Shown here: positions 17,876 through 30,777 of the stretch, piece after piece
Layout of the letters: each line of letters starts with the position of its first letter
Numbering within the stretch: position 1 is the first letter of the stretch
Assembly: GCF_009914755.1 (NCBI RefSeq)
Contig: NC_060941.1
DNA: 64,000 nt
Direction: 5' to 3' (one strand)
Origin: the human T2T-CHM13v2.0 reference genome, Homo sapiens
The notes under the pieces: model-generated
Told to the model about the DNA's origin: nothing
Seen by the model: only the letters and a program-made list of their open reading frames with translations
The model's database searches: none
Translations under genes and position numbers: made by a program

Positions 17876-20404
17876 CATGAACCACAAGCCCTTCCCCAGG
17901 TGGACCATTGGGAAGCCACATGTGACCAGTAGGTGGTCACTCATCTTTCTGCAGAGCTCCCAATGTGACCAGCCAGCTCCCCACCTGCCGGCCATTATAA
18001 GAGTCATCCTCTTCTTGACACCTCCAGAAGAGAACCTGGATTTCCAGCCCAAGTCTGTCCTTGTCGGCTGCCCAGGCCCAACACTTAGGACTCATCCTGA
18101 TTTCTCCTTCTCCCTCCATTTCTACCTCCAAGTTCTGCTGCCCCTCCCTCGAAGGCACATCATGAATTTTTAATTGTCCCCTACACCTCTCTCACGGTTG
18201 TCCCAGTACAATCCCCATCACCCCCAACTGAGTCATGTCACAGCCTCGTGCTGGCACTGTCCTCCCCCAACAATTCTCCCTCCAGCAGCCAGAGTCCCTC
18301 TCCAGCCCCCAAGCTCCACGCCACCTCAGACGTCCCCTACCATGGCCCTGGTCCCGCTCCATCTGGCCCCTGCTGACCTCTCCTCTGCATCCCCTGCCAC
18401 CCCAGGCCTTAGCCAGCCCATCCCAGCAATTCCTTCAGGATCCCTCCACCCCACCACTAGCTACCCTACTCTAAGCGGCGCCCCGGGCCCTTGCCTGGTG
18501 GCCTCCTCTTCAGCTCAGCAACCTCTTCTCAGTGGGGCCTTCCCTCATCAGCCCGTTCAAGTTACCTCCTCCGCTTGCTCTTTCCAATAGCCGCCCACCT
18601 GTTTGCTCCTGGGGTTAGCCCCCCACACCCCGGGATCACTTCACTCAATTTTCTCATGTCTGCTCTACCCAGACTCTGAGCGCCAGACACGGGTTCTCAC
18701 TGCTCCCAGTCTCCACCTTTGGCGGCCACAGCCTTTCTGCCGACCTAGCATCCATTCTCCACCCTCTGCTTGCCGGCGTCCGGCCCACGGTACCCCAACT
18801 GTGTCTGCAGGATGTGTGCCCAGCCCCAGTGAGGCATCAAATGGGCCTAAGCGGAGGATTGGCTGAGAGGTGGAGACGAGACCCAGGGTGATGCTGAAAC
18901 GTAAGGACACGTCTGCAGGGAATCCGGGGAAAGACACTTCCTCCTTGATGAAGGGAGGCAAGCATGGGGGGCCCTGGCTGCCCCTCGCTCCCTGCTCCTC
19001 CTTCTGAGTGCCACTGTGTGAGGATATGGTATCCCCTCCTTCTAACTGTGCCACGACCGGGTCAATATGAGTGTTCCAGGAGAGCGGAGGAGGAGGAAAG
19101 CTCCGGGTTACATCCCAGGGCAGCCGAACAACCTGGAGCGCACATTTGGGACTTCCTGTTCTTATTTGTGTCCTCATGAGTCATGTCCCCACTAGGTGAG
19201 CTCTCTGTGACGTGCAGCCTCACGCGCACTGACAGGCATGAAGCCCAGCGCTGGGCGCATGGGACCTGCTCCATCAGGTTAGAAGCAGGGAACAAACGCC
19301 TCACGGCTCCTGCTCCCAACACAACCATGGAGACAGGCACGTCCGCATAAGCCATCCCAGAACCGAGTGGACTCACTGCTCAGGAGCACGAGGAGGCCCT
19401 TCAGCCTGGGGAAAAAGCTGGGCCAATCTGGACGGCGCAAGGCTTCGAAGAATGAGAAGGTTTTGCACAAACAGGCTGGCAGAGGAGATGGCAAAAGGAA
19501 GTCTCATGAGCAAAGCTATTAGCTATTAAACGGTGGCTGTGGAGCAAGAGCTTGGGACACAGGGCAGGGAGGGCGCAGTTAAGGATAGAAACAGCTAGAG
19601 ATAAGGCGAACAGAGCCTGGTGGAGAAGGCCTTGAGCATCATGCAGATTCACGTTCTCTTCTGCAAGCAAAGGGACAGGTTCTGTTTGCTTGTTTTACTA
19701 AATGGAGGAATGACATGATCAGTAGATGAAAATTCCACAGCCGCATCAATCACGGAGTAGAAGATGGCAAAGCCTAGAGGTCCGCAGACCAGTGGGGAAG
19801 CCACCCCCGCGGGCCAGGCCTGTGATGAAGGTCTTGGGGCGGCGACAGTGGCTGGAGGAGCCACTCCAGAGGTCCACAGGGAGGGCTTGGGAATGCCTGG
19901 GTGTAGGGAGAGAGGGGGAGACACATGAGAAAGGGCTCCAAGCCTACACAGGCTCTCTGAGGGTGGCAGCAGAGTCCCCAGGACAAGGGGCAGTCTTGGG
20001 GCTATCAGCTGTGGACAGGCTGAGCTGGGGAGGCCCGGCAGCCACTCTGGTGGAGACGTCCCACAAGCAGTCAGAGGTGGAAAGGGGAGCCTGGAACGGG
20101 CCGGAATTGCACAGGCACACATAGGGGCCCACAGCGGGTAGCAGCAGGGTCAGTCGCGGGACTGATTATCTGTCAAGGAAGAGGGCTTAGGAACACTGGG
20201 GGCTAGAATCCTGGGGGATGTCCAGCAGCTGGCGGGTGGGCAGAGAGGAGAGGCCAGGGAAAGAACGCACAGGGAGCTGTCAGAGAGGTAGGAGAGCCCA
20301 GGTAGACTAATCCACCAGAGCCAAGAGGAGAGAGGAGGGGGACCCCTGGCTGAGGAGTGAACGAAAGTGAGGACATAGATGCAACGAGGAACTGTCGGAG
20401 TCCC

Positions 20405-20942
20405 TGTTAGCAATGCAAAATGTTTGTTCCCTGGTGTCACAAGGAAAAATTAGCATTCAGACAAAAAGTTCTCTCAGCGAGGCAATTTTTACTTTCTGCA
20501 GAAAGGGTGTCCCTTGCAGATGGAACAATGGGGAGGGCACACACAGAATAAAGAGACGCCAGAATATCCATTCTATATGCATGAGGCCTCTATTGCTGTG
20601 TCCTGTCTCCATTGGCTGGAGCCGGACCTCACAATCTAAATTAAAACCCGATTGGCTAATAATTTATTCTCAAATAAGGAAGGAGCATAGGCTGTGAGCT
20701 GGAACATGCCTATGAGCACGTGAGCACAGATATCTTGGTTAAGGTACAAGGACATGGAATGTACTACGTGCCTTGAGCATGTCTAACAGCTACCTAGGAT
20801 AGGGCTTAACAAAGAGTTATTAGCACAAAGCAAGGAGGCTTGAAGGAAGTTAGTCTTTAAAAGAAACTATTATTTCTAACACTTATGATTTATTCTTTAA
20901 TAAGAAGGGAAACTTTGAAGAGGAAACTTTTTACTTTCTACA
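20405..20942 (-). mobile_element. LTR10-family (ERV1, LTR10B-like) solo LTR
   Basis: minus strand starts TGTAGAAAGTAAAAAGTTTCCTCTTCAAAG and ends TGCTAACA; 5-bp TSD gtccc/gtcct. Confidence 0.7.
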
Positions 20943-20944
20943 GT

Positions 20945-21355
20945 CCTGCAACCACACAAACAACTGCAGAGAAAGGCAGCAGCAGCAGGCCTCCTAACAG
21001 CCAAGAGGCGGAAGCAACCCAAACGCCCATAGATGAATGAATAACAACGTGGTCTCCATACGATGAATGTTATCTGGGCATAAAGGGGAATGAGGCTCTG
21101 ACACACGCTACAGGGATGAGTCGTGTAAACGTAACGCTAAGTGAAAGAAGCCAAACGCGAAGGCCCATGTAGTGTATGATTCCATTTGTATGAAATGCCC
21201 AGAAGAGGCAAGTGCATAGACAGAACCATTAGGACTGCCCGGGACCAGGGGAAGAGGAGGAGAGGCTGCTGATGAGTAGACAGGGTGTGCTTTGGGGTGA
21301 TGAACTGTTCTCAAATGGATTTTATTGGCGTTTTAATAACTTCGTGGATGTATTA
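20945..21355 (+). mobile_element. Old L1M 3' fragment
   Basis: ggaagcaacccaaacgccc...gatgaatgaata...gattccatttgtatgaaatgcccaga motifs of L1M 3' ends. Confidence 0.7.
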
Positions 21356-21387
21356 CTATTGCAGGATTTTTCCTTAGTTCAGCTAAA

Positions 21388-22030
21388 CACCTCTTAAAGG
21401 TCCTACCTTTTCATACTGTAACAATGGCAGTTACATTTCAACATGAGTTTTGGAGGGAACAGATATTCACACTGTAGCTTTCTGCCACTGGTTCCCCCAC
21501 ACTCGCCAGTCTCAGTACAAAACGCATTCATTCCATCCCGACTGCCCCAAAAGTCCTAACTTGCTCCAGCACCAATTCAAAAGTCCAAAGTCCAGAGTCT
21601 CCTCTAGATCAGATATGAGTGAGACTCAAGGAACAATTCATCCTGAGGCAAATCCCCTCCAGCTGAGAGCCTCGAAATTTAACAAGTTATGCACTTCCAA
21701 AATACACTGGGGGACAGGCATGAGATAGACATTCCCATTCCAAAAGGGAAAAAAGGGCAAGAAGGAAAGAATAACCAATCCCAAGTAAGTCTGAAACCCA
21801 ATAGGGCAGACATTAAATCTTAAGACTCCAGAATGATCTCTGACTCATCTTAATGTGATCCCCCAAGGCCAGGAGCAGCCCCACCCTGTGCTGGGTTCTG
21901 CCCATGCCGCAGCTGTCACAGGATGGCATCTAGTGCCTACATACAGCTCTCCCGGCTGGGGCGGCAAGCTGGTGGTCCCACAGTTCTGGAGCCTTGGGAG
22001 TGGCCCCGTTCCCATGGCTCAGCTAGGCAT
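21388..22030 (-). mobile_element. ERVL-MaLR (MST/MLT-type) LTR end plus internal sequence
   Basis: cacctcttaaagg...caacatgagttttggaggg then ccaaaagtcctaact...attcccattccaaaaggg. Confidence 0.65.
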
Positions 22031-22190
22031 TATGAAGTCATGTTACCAGCCAATAAATGTAATCTCTCTTCTTTCCTATCTGGATGCCTTTCATTTCTTG
22101 CCTAATTGCCCTGACTAGAACCTCCAGTACAATGCTGAATAGAAGTGGTAAGAGTGGACATCTCTGTCTTGTTCCTGAGCTTAGGGAGTT
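22030..22190 (-). mobile_element. L1 ORF2 fragment
   Basis: [36 protein letters not shown] in ORF 22038..22319. Confidence 0.85.
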
Positions 22191-22944
22191 TTCAAATGAG
22201 ATGGGCGTTTCTGTGGTTTGAGGGAAAGAAATTAATGGGGAAAGAAACTGGGGATATGTATAAGACAAAGGATAATTGACAGAGATGGATCCAGGGGAGA
22301 CAGGAAAAAAGCAGGCCACTTCTTCTGGCGATGGGAGGGAACAAAAACAACTCTGACTGATGTGGAAAGGTAGGAATGCTGCCCTTCACACCTAATGGTC
22401 GTCTCTTCTCAGTAAAGTGGGGCAGTCACCTGGGGAATGGTCAGGGTAGACTGGGGGCTTGAAGCAAGGAGGAAACATCAGGCATGACTGCTGCTGTGTG
22501 GAAGAACGCGGACCAGCCCGTGGAGATGGACCCACAGAAGGGGCCAGCCTGGTGCTTTGCTGTCTCTCTGTTCGGTGCTGGTTCACCAAGCGCCTTCCCC
22601 TGCTTCTGGGTTCTAGCCCACCTGAGACTTTTCCCTGTTTATTCCCTGGCATTATGAAGTCATCTCTGGAAACTGAAATCATACTAAAAATGTATTATAT
22701 TGACTGAAGGCATATTTCTTGATCTTAATTTAAAACTGATGTTTCACGTTTCTTCTAAAAAAGTGGGGGCGGTGCAAAGACTAAGTTACTTATCTTTTCT
22801 GACTCTGCTCTTCTTAACAGAAGACAGAACCCTCCTCCCACTTTCAAGGTGTTACAACTGAACTCAAGGTGCAGCTGGAGTAACACCCTCCTGCACAAGT
22901 GTCCGGTCAGCACCCCTTTCCCACCTCGAGGGCCCCGCCTGAGC

Positions 22945-22995
22945 CCAGAGACACCGCGAACAACAAAGATGGCTTGGGCAGAGTTGGAGTTTATT
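22945..22995 (-). terminator. Polyadenylation signal AATAAA (22990-22995) with downstream GU/U-rich element; cleavage near 22970
   Basis: minus strand AATAAActccaactctgcccaagcca then tctttgttgttcgcggtgtc; U-rich and TGTA motifs upstream. Confidence 0.85.
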
Positions 22996-25012
22996 TGCTG
23001 CAGTTCCTTGGCGCTAGTTTACAAGGCAAAAACAAACAAACAAAAACAATTAGAATAATTATTTCTTAAAAACCCTGTCAACAACTTTCAGTCATTTCTT
23101 TATATTTTTGTATTTTGACAAAACTTCTTTTAAACAAATACAAAATAATCTAAAAGGAGAAAAACTATACATAGATTATTTACACCTCTGATAAATAGAC
23201 TAATACTGACCCAGGTGCCTCTCTGTCTAGGAAACACTTGAGAACCAGGCCAGGGCCCGGGCCAGCTGGACAGGCTCCAGCACCGGCCCAAACACGCCCA
23301 GACCTCGGCAGGCACCACCTGGTTCTCCCACCCAGAAAGTTCAGGTTTCCAGCCTGGACCCTCTTCTGTCACCCTCACAAGCTCTGGCACAAAAGTGCCT
23401 AAAGCCATTCCCTCCAGGTAGGATCTACACAAAGTGGCGGGGAGGGAGGTGACAGACTGTCCCCCTCTATTCCTCCCACCACTCCTCTGCAAAAGCTATT
23501 TCCAGAGATGCTCGCCAACCCTAAAGGATCAGAGGAGCCGTGGCGACGCGGCCCTGTGAAAACCCGCAGCTCCTCCACCTGCCTCCTCAGGGCTGCGCCC
23601 TGCACCGCCCTGGTCCAGGGTCCTGTGGAGGGGCGGGGCGAGACGGCCAGCCAGCCAGCCACCTGCTCTGCCTGGACTGGCATGCTGGCCCTGGCGGAGT
23701 GGCAGGAGCTGCCCTGAGAGTCCCTGAGAGAACGGCAGGAAAATGCTGCGTGTCACGGCTCCCTTCATACTGTAATGAGGAGGGGCAGGGCCAGCTCACA
23801 CAGCGCCTGCAGGGGAAGACAGAGATGCGAGAGGCAGCCCGGCCACCCCCCTCACTCCAGTGCACCCCACGGAGCAGATAAAGGCCCATCTTCCCCTCTA
23901 GGGGGCCCACCACAAAATGCATCCAGAGTAGTCCAGTTAGGGCTGGTTTTGAGGCAGAAAAAGCTGAAGCCCTACGGGGATCGGGGAAGTCCTACTCCTT
24001 CCTCTAGAACGAGGACTGGAGTCTGGGGAAGAGGAAGAAAACCCAAAATGAAACAGGTTATCCGGAACCTCTGTCCCGATAACCTTCCTCACAGTTTTGG
24101 TTATTAGGTATTTAGCTCAAGGAAAATGCTGACTTTCTACTTTAAAGCCCAACAAGAACTTGGATTCTGAAGGAGGAAAATAACGTAAGCGTCCAGTCAG
24201 CTCTCTCCTCTCCTCGGCGCTCCGCAGGCACTTGGGATGGAAAAGCATCCGCGGGAGATGCCGGACTGCACGCTGCTGCCGACTGCGACCCCGGCCAGGG
24301 CAGGCCCCCGACTCTGACTGTGCCGTCTGAGGCTCCACTGGGCCTCTGCCCTCTGCGTCCTCGACCTCACCTGTCCATCTCGCCCAGACAAGCACCAGGC
24401 AGCGAGCTCCCACAGCACAGGAGAGGCAGGCCAGGCCCTGCCGCGGGCCCAGGCTGATGCCCCTTGGCCGCAGCCCCAGGTGCTCTTCTCCAGGGAGAAG
24501 CTCCCCAGCGCAGCCAGGGCAGAATGCACCTGAACAGCCCTACGTTCTCTCTTAAAAAAAAAAAAATAGATCTTTATAGTATGTGGCTTCTCTTCCTTTC
24601 CACCTTTTTCTCTTAACATATAATAATATATGGACACATGTATTTATGGTGCAGGGTTTGAAGGCTTCTTCACGGGGACAACCAAGAGGTAAACAGTTGG
24701 CTCTGAGCTCTGCTACCAGAACACTGAGCAGAGAAACTGGCCAGGAGGCTGCCCTGCCGACAAGAGCTCTGCCCTGTGAGAGAGGAAGGCTCTGGAGCCC
24801 ATGCTGGACAGGTGGCCGGTCCTCTCTTCCCCAGTGGTAACTGCCCACCCTTCTCCCACTTAAAAAAAATAGCAAAAGCTGAAGCTAGTCTCTAGGAATC
24901 CAGGGCGGGGCCTGGCAGAGGACGCTCTGCTCGGCAGCAGTGCATCCATGGAGGTGCGGGAGAAGAGCAGGAGCTCCAAGGCCCCCGCAGACCAACGCCC
25001 TTGGCTGCACGC
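22970..25012 (-). other. CYTH1: CYTH1 3'UTR (~2.0 kb)
   Basis: Alu-free stretch from the stop codon to the canonical poly(A) signal. Confidence 0.85.
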
Positions 25013-25091
25013 TCAGTGTCGCTTCGTGGAGGAGACCTTCTTTTTCCGTGCTGCGAGCATTTCGTAGAAAGGGTCCCTGCTGATGGCTGCT
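25013..25091 (-). CDS. CYTH1: CYTH1 last exon, coding part (AAISRDPFYEMLAARKKKVSSTKRH*, polybasic tail)
   Basis: acceptor gctccag|A, stop TGA at 25013-25015. Confidence 0.96.
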
Positions 25092-28000
25092 CTGGAGCAC
25101 AGAAAAGGGAGAAAACAGAGACGTGAGGGACAGAATCAGAAGAAACACACCCAGGCAGGGGATTCTCAGGGGCCCCTCGTGCCCCAGAACACCTGTCCCA
25201 CCCCACCATCACTGCAAAGGCCAAGTTAGCGTCCTCCACCCTTGCTGTGTCCACACAGTGACCTAAGGTGACACACTTCGAAAGAGACACAGGAACACGT
25301 GACAAGAAAATTTTGGGGTTTTTACCTGTTTCAACATAATAATCAATTCACATTTAGGAACAGAATCATACCACATTCTTACAGCTATATTCCAATTCAG
25401 AGAAAAAGACTGGTGCTTGAGTTTCCATGATGACATCTGACTTTGCTTTGCAGCAGCGAGTGCCACGTAATCAAGCCGTGTCACATGCAGTCCTCTGGCA
25501 CGGGGTGTGTGATAGCTGGCATGGTAATGCAGTGGGGCCTTCCAAGCCCCCCACGTGCACCTGCTCAGTAACTAAGGCTCCATGACTCTGCAGGCGGCAC
25601 TGCCCAGCACGATGCTGCTGGTGGGGCACCATGGACAGACCGGCTGGACCTGGCTGGGTCTCCGGTGCACAGGGAGGGGGCCCGAGCTCATGCTTGTGCT
25701 ACAGCCTCAAAGACAGCAGCGCAGGCCGCGCCGCGGGCTGGAGCACCTGCAGTGGACTGGCAACACCACAACCCTATGTCTGCCATTCTCGACTTTCAAG
25801 CAACTTATGGTCTAAAAGTCCTGACACTTAATTTCTTTCCAGGGAAGCTGTATCCTAAGTGATGATTTGTTCCAGAGCTCGGGCACAAGCCTCCTGACTG
25901 CAGGCAGGGCACTCACCCCTGCTGAACGGTGGCACCAGCAGCTGCTATGGCTCTCCTGGGCTGACCTGGAACCTATTCACAAGAGACAGTGTGTCCATGA
26001 GAAAATGCTTCCGCAGCTCCCCGGGGAATGCTAGGAACTGAAGAGCACTAGAAACATGTCCCGATGGGATCTCACTGGGAAGCGGTCTGACCACCTGAAG
26101 TGCTTTCACGAGGGAATCTGGCGGCCGGGACACCTGCTTTCATGTTTGGAGGTGTTGGGGTGAATCTCCCTTGGCTTCCTGGGTAGGCCAACCCTTTCGG
26201 GTAAGCTGGGGGGTTCTGCAGAGAGGTGCGTGTGGCACTGCCCTGTGTGCAGAGGCAGAGTGTCAGGCGATGAGGGGGGCTGGGCTGCGGTCGGACACCA
26301 GGCCCCAGGCCCGGCCCTGCCTGGCCCTGCCTGCTGCTTCTCAACTCCCGCTTCCTCACATGCAAGCTGGAGATGCCCCACCTCCACCTCCCTGGGTTCC
26401 GGAGAGTCAAAAAGAGATCCCATATTCAAAGAGCACATCTCAGCGCCTAGCCGACACACTCGATGGCAGCCGCTGTTACCGCTGACACGCAGTTCTACTG
26501 CTGTACCTCTGGGTACAGCGTGAAGAAAGTCCCAGCATTAGAGAACACACCTGATTCTACAGAACCGAATGCTGGGACCACCCACACGCAGGGGCACTAG
26601 AACTGAGGGTGCTGGGAACTCCAGGAAAAGCACTTCGTGAGAGGAAAACACGTCCTGAACTTGACCTCGAAAGCCTTTCTGGCAATACTGGGGAGGAGGC
26701 ATCCACCAGCCAGATCATCTTCCTGCTCCTGTTGTCACCAATGTTTCCACTGGGAGGAGTATCTAGGGCCAAGGACAGCTGAGGCTGCACGGTGGTTACC
26801 AGTGCAGCTGCATGAGTCACACTGCTCAGGTTTGAGGACCAGCTCCACCTCTGTGGGGTTTTGGACAACTTACTCAACTTTGCTGTGCCTCAGTGTCCCT
26901 CATCTGTGAAATGGGGATAATCCTAATGGTCCCACCTCGCACTGGGTGCAAGAAGGTTTGAGGACAGTGTGCCTGCAGAGTGCCAAAGGGGGTGTCTGCA
27001 GATCCCGAGGCTGAGGCCAGCCCGCTCCGGGACAGAGCAGAGGAGTCCAGCAAGCCCACAGGAGAACTTGGCACTCACGCTCATGAAAGGATTGAATGAT
27101 TCTAAATGTGACTTTGAAAAATGCTTAGTTTTTCTGACTATAGAAGTAAAAACCATATGAAAGACACATGTACAAAACCAGCCAAAACTGTTTTGAAAGA
27201 CCAGTGAGGGAGGACAGGGAACTCGCCAGCCAGCACAGTCAAAGGACACCACGATGCTACAGGGGGAGGGGCGGGCGGCGCTCACGCTGGGAGGCGCGGT
27301 GGAGCAACAGGTGCATGAAGCGTGGTGGGGGAGCTGGGTACACTCTAAGGAGAGCATATGAAGTCAGTGGGGGCGATGCCAATGAATCCATAAATGGTGT
27401 CCGGACCATCAGCTATTCATTCATGAGAACAAACTTAAACCCTTACTTCAAATCTTATATAAAAAATACATTTCATAATGATTCAATAAATTTTTTTTTC
27501 AGTATGTTAAAAAAAAGGATACCGGTCCCCCACAACACTGCTGTTTTCTTCCCCAGAACACAGGGCTGGTGCCATTACTGGTAGGGGACTCTGAAAACAC
27601 CGTGGCGCCGCGTCTGCTCAATGGAGGGTGGGCTGGCCCCCGCTCAGGGCCACACTTCCCATGATGGCTGTCATGCCAGGGAAGCTGCCAAACCCCATGC
27701 CCACTACACAATCTCATTTAATCCTCAAAAGAGCCCCATGAGGCAGAAATGACCTCTATCACACAGAAGAGGTAGGTTACCCACCTACCAGGCACTGCGC
27801 TCAGAGAGACAGAGCGAGGAGTCTCAGCGCAGCGTGACCTGGCGCCAAATCCATCCTCTCTCCAGCTGGTTCCTGTCTGTTTTCATTGCATGAATTTTCA
27901 GATTACTTTTGAGAGGATAAATCATCTATTCCTTTCCCTCCATCATCACATCATCTCCATCTTCAGTCAGTTTTAAGGTATTTAGCTTGGGCCAAAACCT

Positions 28001-28268
28001 ACACTGGTCTGAGTAGAAATACCAAAAGATAAAACAAAGGCTAGAGGATATTGCACACCCTCGGGAACGGGGCTGTAGCCTGGGTGGGAGAAAGCCCGTC
28101 ACACAGTACACAGAGGACTTACAGGGACCTTCGCAGTCACCTGTGGGCACATTCTCCCTGTCTTCCAGGTGAAGTCACACAGGCAGCTGAGGAGTCTTTC
28201 TCAGGAAAACAGCTAGGTGAACTCTCATGGATGAAGCACCAGGAGGGAGAGGGCAAGGCTGTGCTCTT

Positions 28269-28412
28269 AGGAGAAAGGATCACTGAGAGAAGGCAAAGTC
28301 AGAATGCTCACTGCTGACCCTCGCACAGGGACTGGAGGGAGGAGAAAGCATCACTGAGAGAAGGCAAAGTCAGAATGCTCACTGCTGACCCTCGCACAGG
28401 GACTGGAGGGAG
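28269..28412. repeat. 2 x 71-bp tandem duplication
   Basis: aggagaaag(g/c)atcactgagagaagg...gactggaggg starts at 28269 and 28340. Confidence 0.95.
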
Positions 28413-29111
28413 AGCCAGGCAGACCAAGTCCCAGGGAAGAACATTAAGCAAGAGAAGCCAACTGACTTTAGAAAGCCATGTTTCCAGATACTTGTCACAT
28501 GAGGAAATTTCCAGCCCCGTGATAGACCTTACATGGCGTGGCCCAGTGGAGCCAACAGAGCCGAGAGGTAGGAGTCAGAGGCCTGGACTTGGGAGCTCCA
28601 CTTCTTAGCTGTGGAACCCTGAGGAAGCTTCTCCCTCCTCCCGGACCTTGGATCACGGTATGTGACTTCCAGCAAATTTCTTAACCTCTATGGGCCTCAG
28701 TTTCCTCATCTGTAGCTAGGAAAATGGTGTCTCACAGGATTCACAAATTACAGAACATGACTACTATCTCCTCTGAGCTGTCACTATGAGAATGAGAGCG
28801 GCTTCGTCAGACACAGAAAGACCAGTTGAGCAGATGGCATCTGTGTGGGTAGCTCACTCGCCTCTTCCTATTTTGGGTCTATGAGGACACGTGGGGAACC
28901 CAGATGGGACGTGCTCTCTTACATATGCTATAATAGCCAAGAATCCAAAGGCCTCCTGGGAAGCCGTCAGCTGGGAACCAGGACGAAGCTTCCCTAAGAA
29001 CTTGGAGCACAGAAGAGATGCGGGCGGCATGTTTAACCACTAAGATGATCAACACCTGGTGAGGTGAGGGCTGCACCAGGCGCGCACTGCCCTTTCTCAG
29101 CAGTCACTTAC

Positions 29112-29266
29112 TTAATGCACTTAATCCACTCCTCCTTCTCCTCGGGCGTCGGAGCTGAGATCCGGTAAACAGTGTGGTTCCCCTCCACCACCCGCCCGTC
29201 AGCCTCGGTCTTGCAGGCCTTGATAACTTGGTCTTTATTGTCGGGGATATAAAGCTCAAAGCAGTT
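29112..29266 (-). CDS. CYTH1: CYTH1 exon 13 (155 nt; [51 protein letters not shown])
   Basis: acceptor ttctcag|AAC, donor TAA|gtaagt; visible in ORF 29108..29302. Confidence 0.97.
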
Positions 29267-29892
29267 CTGAGAATCAAAACAGAGAGGGAGAGAGTGGAGC
29301 AAAGGAAGCTGTTAACTGAGAAACATGCTGATTTCTTTCCCCAAAACCCCTTTCTTCTGACCTTCACAAAATACAAGGAATACATATTTTCCTGTGGAAA
29401 AGTGAAGCCTAGAAGCGGAATTCTAGAGACTGTAAATTGTATAGAAGTCAGTCTCGTTTGCAAACACACCGGCCTGATATAAGCTGGCCCCACTTGCAAT
29501 GTACGTAAAATGCGGAGAGAACTGCAGGTGACTCACGACTTTAACTTCAAGCCAGTAACATCCTGACAGCCCAAAACAAAGGAAAACTAAACGGGAGGTG
29601 TCCCAAGGGTATAAACTACATAGCCCACTCCTGCGTGCTTGCCGCTGCCATTGCAGGAGGGGCAACTTCTACACCCCATGTGACATTCACTAAGTGAAAC
29701 GATAAAGCAGACAGACGGCACAGGAAGAAGTGATTTCGAGTCTCATCTTTGGCTTGAACAATATAATAAAAAATTAGACTAAATAAAAGCCTGATCACGC
29801 TTTTCAGTTTTTTGGTTTTGAGTTTTTTAAAAAAAATCTTTGAAATGCCCATCCCCTTTCTCCCCTCAAAATATCTCAGCAAAAATACTCAC

Positions 29893-29964
29893 TGGTTTTT
29901 TGGAGTCCTCCACTTCCCGGATACTCAGATTCTCTAAAGGGATGATTCCACGGGGCTCCTTATC
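29893..29964 (-). CDS. CYTH1: CYTH1 exon 12 (72 nt; [24 protein letters not shown])
   Basis: acceptor ttctgtag|GAT, donor CCA|gtgagt. Confidence 0.96.
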
Positions 29965-30664
29965 CTACAGAACAGTTGAAGAGAGGAAGTTTAAGATCAC
30001 AGTTTAAGGACACACACTGTCAGATTCCTCGCCGGTGACTCAGCCGAACTTTCCTGCTTTCTCCCAGGACATGAAGTTCATAAATCAGCCTGAGGGAACT
30101 CCTTACATTCTAAACAAGAATAACACCAAAAATGTCTGAGGATTGTCAATATAACTGCTAAGTCCTCCGCGAGTAGAAAGACCAGAAGATTCAACAGACA
30201 CCGTGAGAGTGTGGCCGGCAGTGACCCGGGCACGGTCCTCAAGCAGGGAGTGTGCGGGCCCCTTTCCCTCTTCCCTTTGCCTGGCTCTCCCACTCACCTC
30301 TGAAGCCTCAGTTCTGGGGCAACAACTCCAGGAAGCCTTTCCTAGTTTCACCCTAGCGCCCCGATGCCTGGGACTGCAGCTGTGGGTCTGACCATTAACC
30401 ACTCACTGCCTCTGTCCATCGCCCCACCGCCAGACAGTACAATCCTCAGAGACACTGCCATCCTGACAACTCCACCTGGATTTCCAAAGGCACCTTGACT
30501 CCTGTCCAGAACAGAGCTGCACCCGCCAACTAGTCCCATCTCATCTACAGAGGGCACGGCACCGCAGACACTTCCAGCACACGCCTGACGGCAGTTTCAC
30601 AGTCCCCTGATATCCAGCCAACCCATGGCCAAGTCCTAGCACTGTTAAAGTCTTTATATTTGGC

Positions 30665-30777
30665 CAGGAGAATGGTGTGAACCCAGGAGACGGAGCCTGC
30701 AGTGGGCCCAGATAGCGCCACTGCACTCCAGCCTGGGTGACAGAGCAAGACTCTGTCTCAAAAAAAAAAAAAAAAAA
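30665..30777 (+). mobile_element. 5'-truncated Alu right-arm fragment
   Basis: caggagaatggtgtgaaccc...poly(A). Confidence 0.88.

Noticed and set aside
23392-24397. Single 7-mer seed matches in the 3'UTR (GCACTTT miR-17 family at 23392-23398; TGGTGCT miR-29 at 24391-24397)
   Set aside because: Isolated 7-mers are expected by chance in 2 kb, and conservation cannot be judged here
25810-25860. Possible alternative last exon in intron 13 (cacttag|GATACAG..., reading KIQLPWKEIKCQDF*)
   Set aside because: Poor pyrimidine tract and no supporting evidence in the sequence
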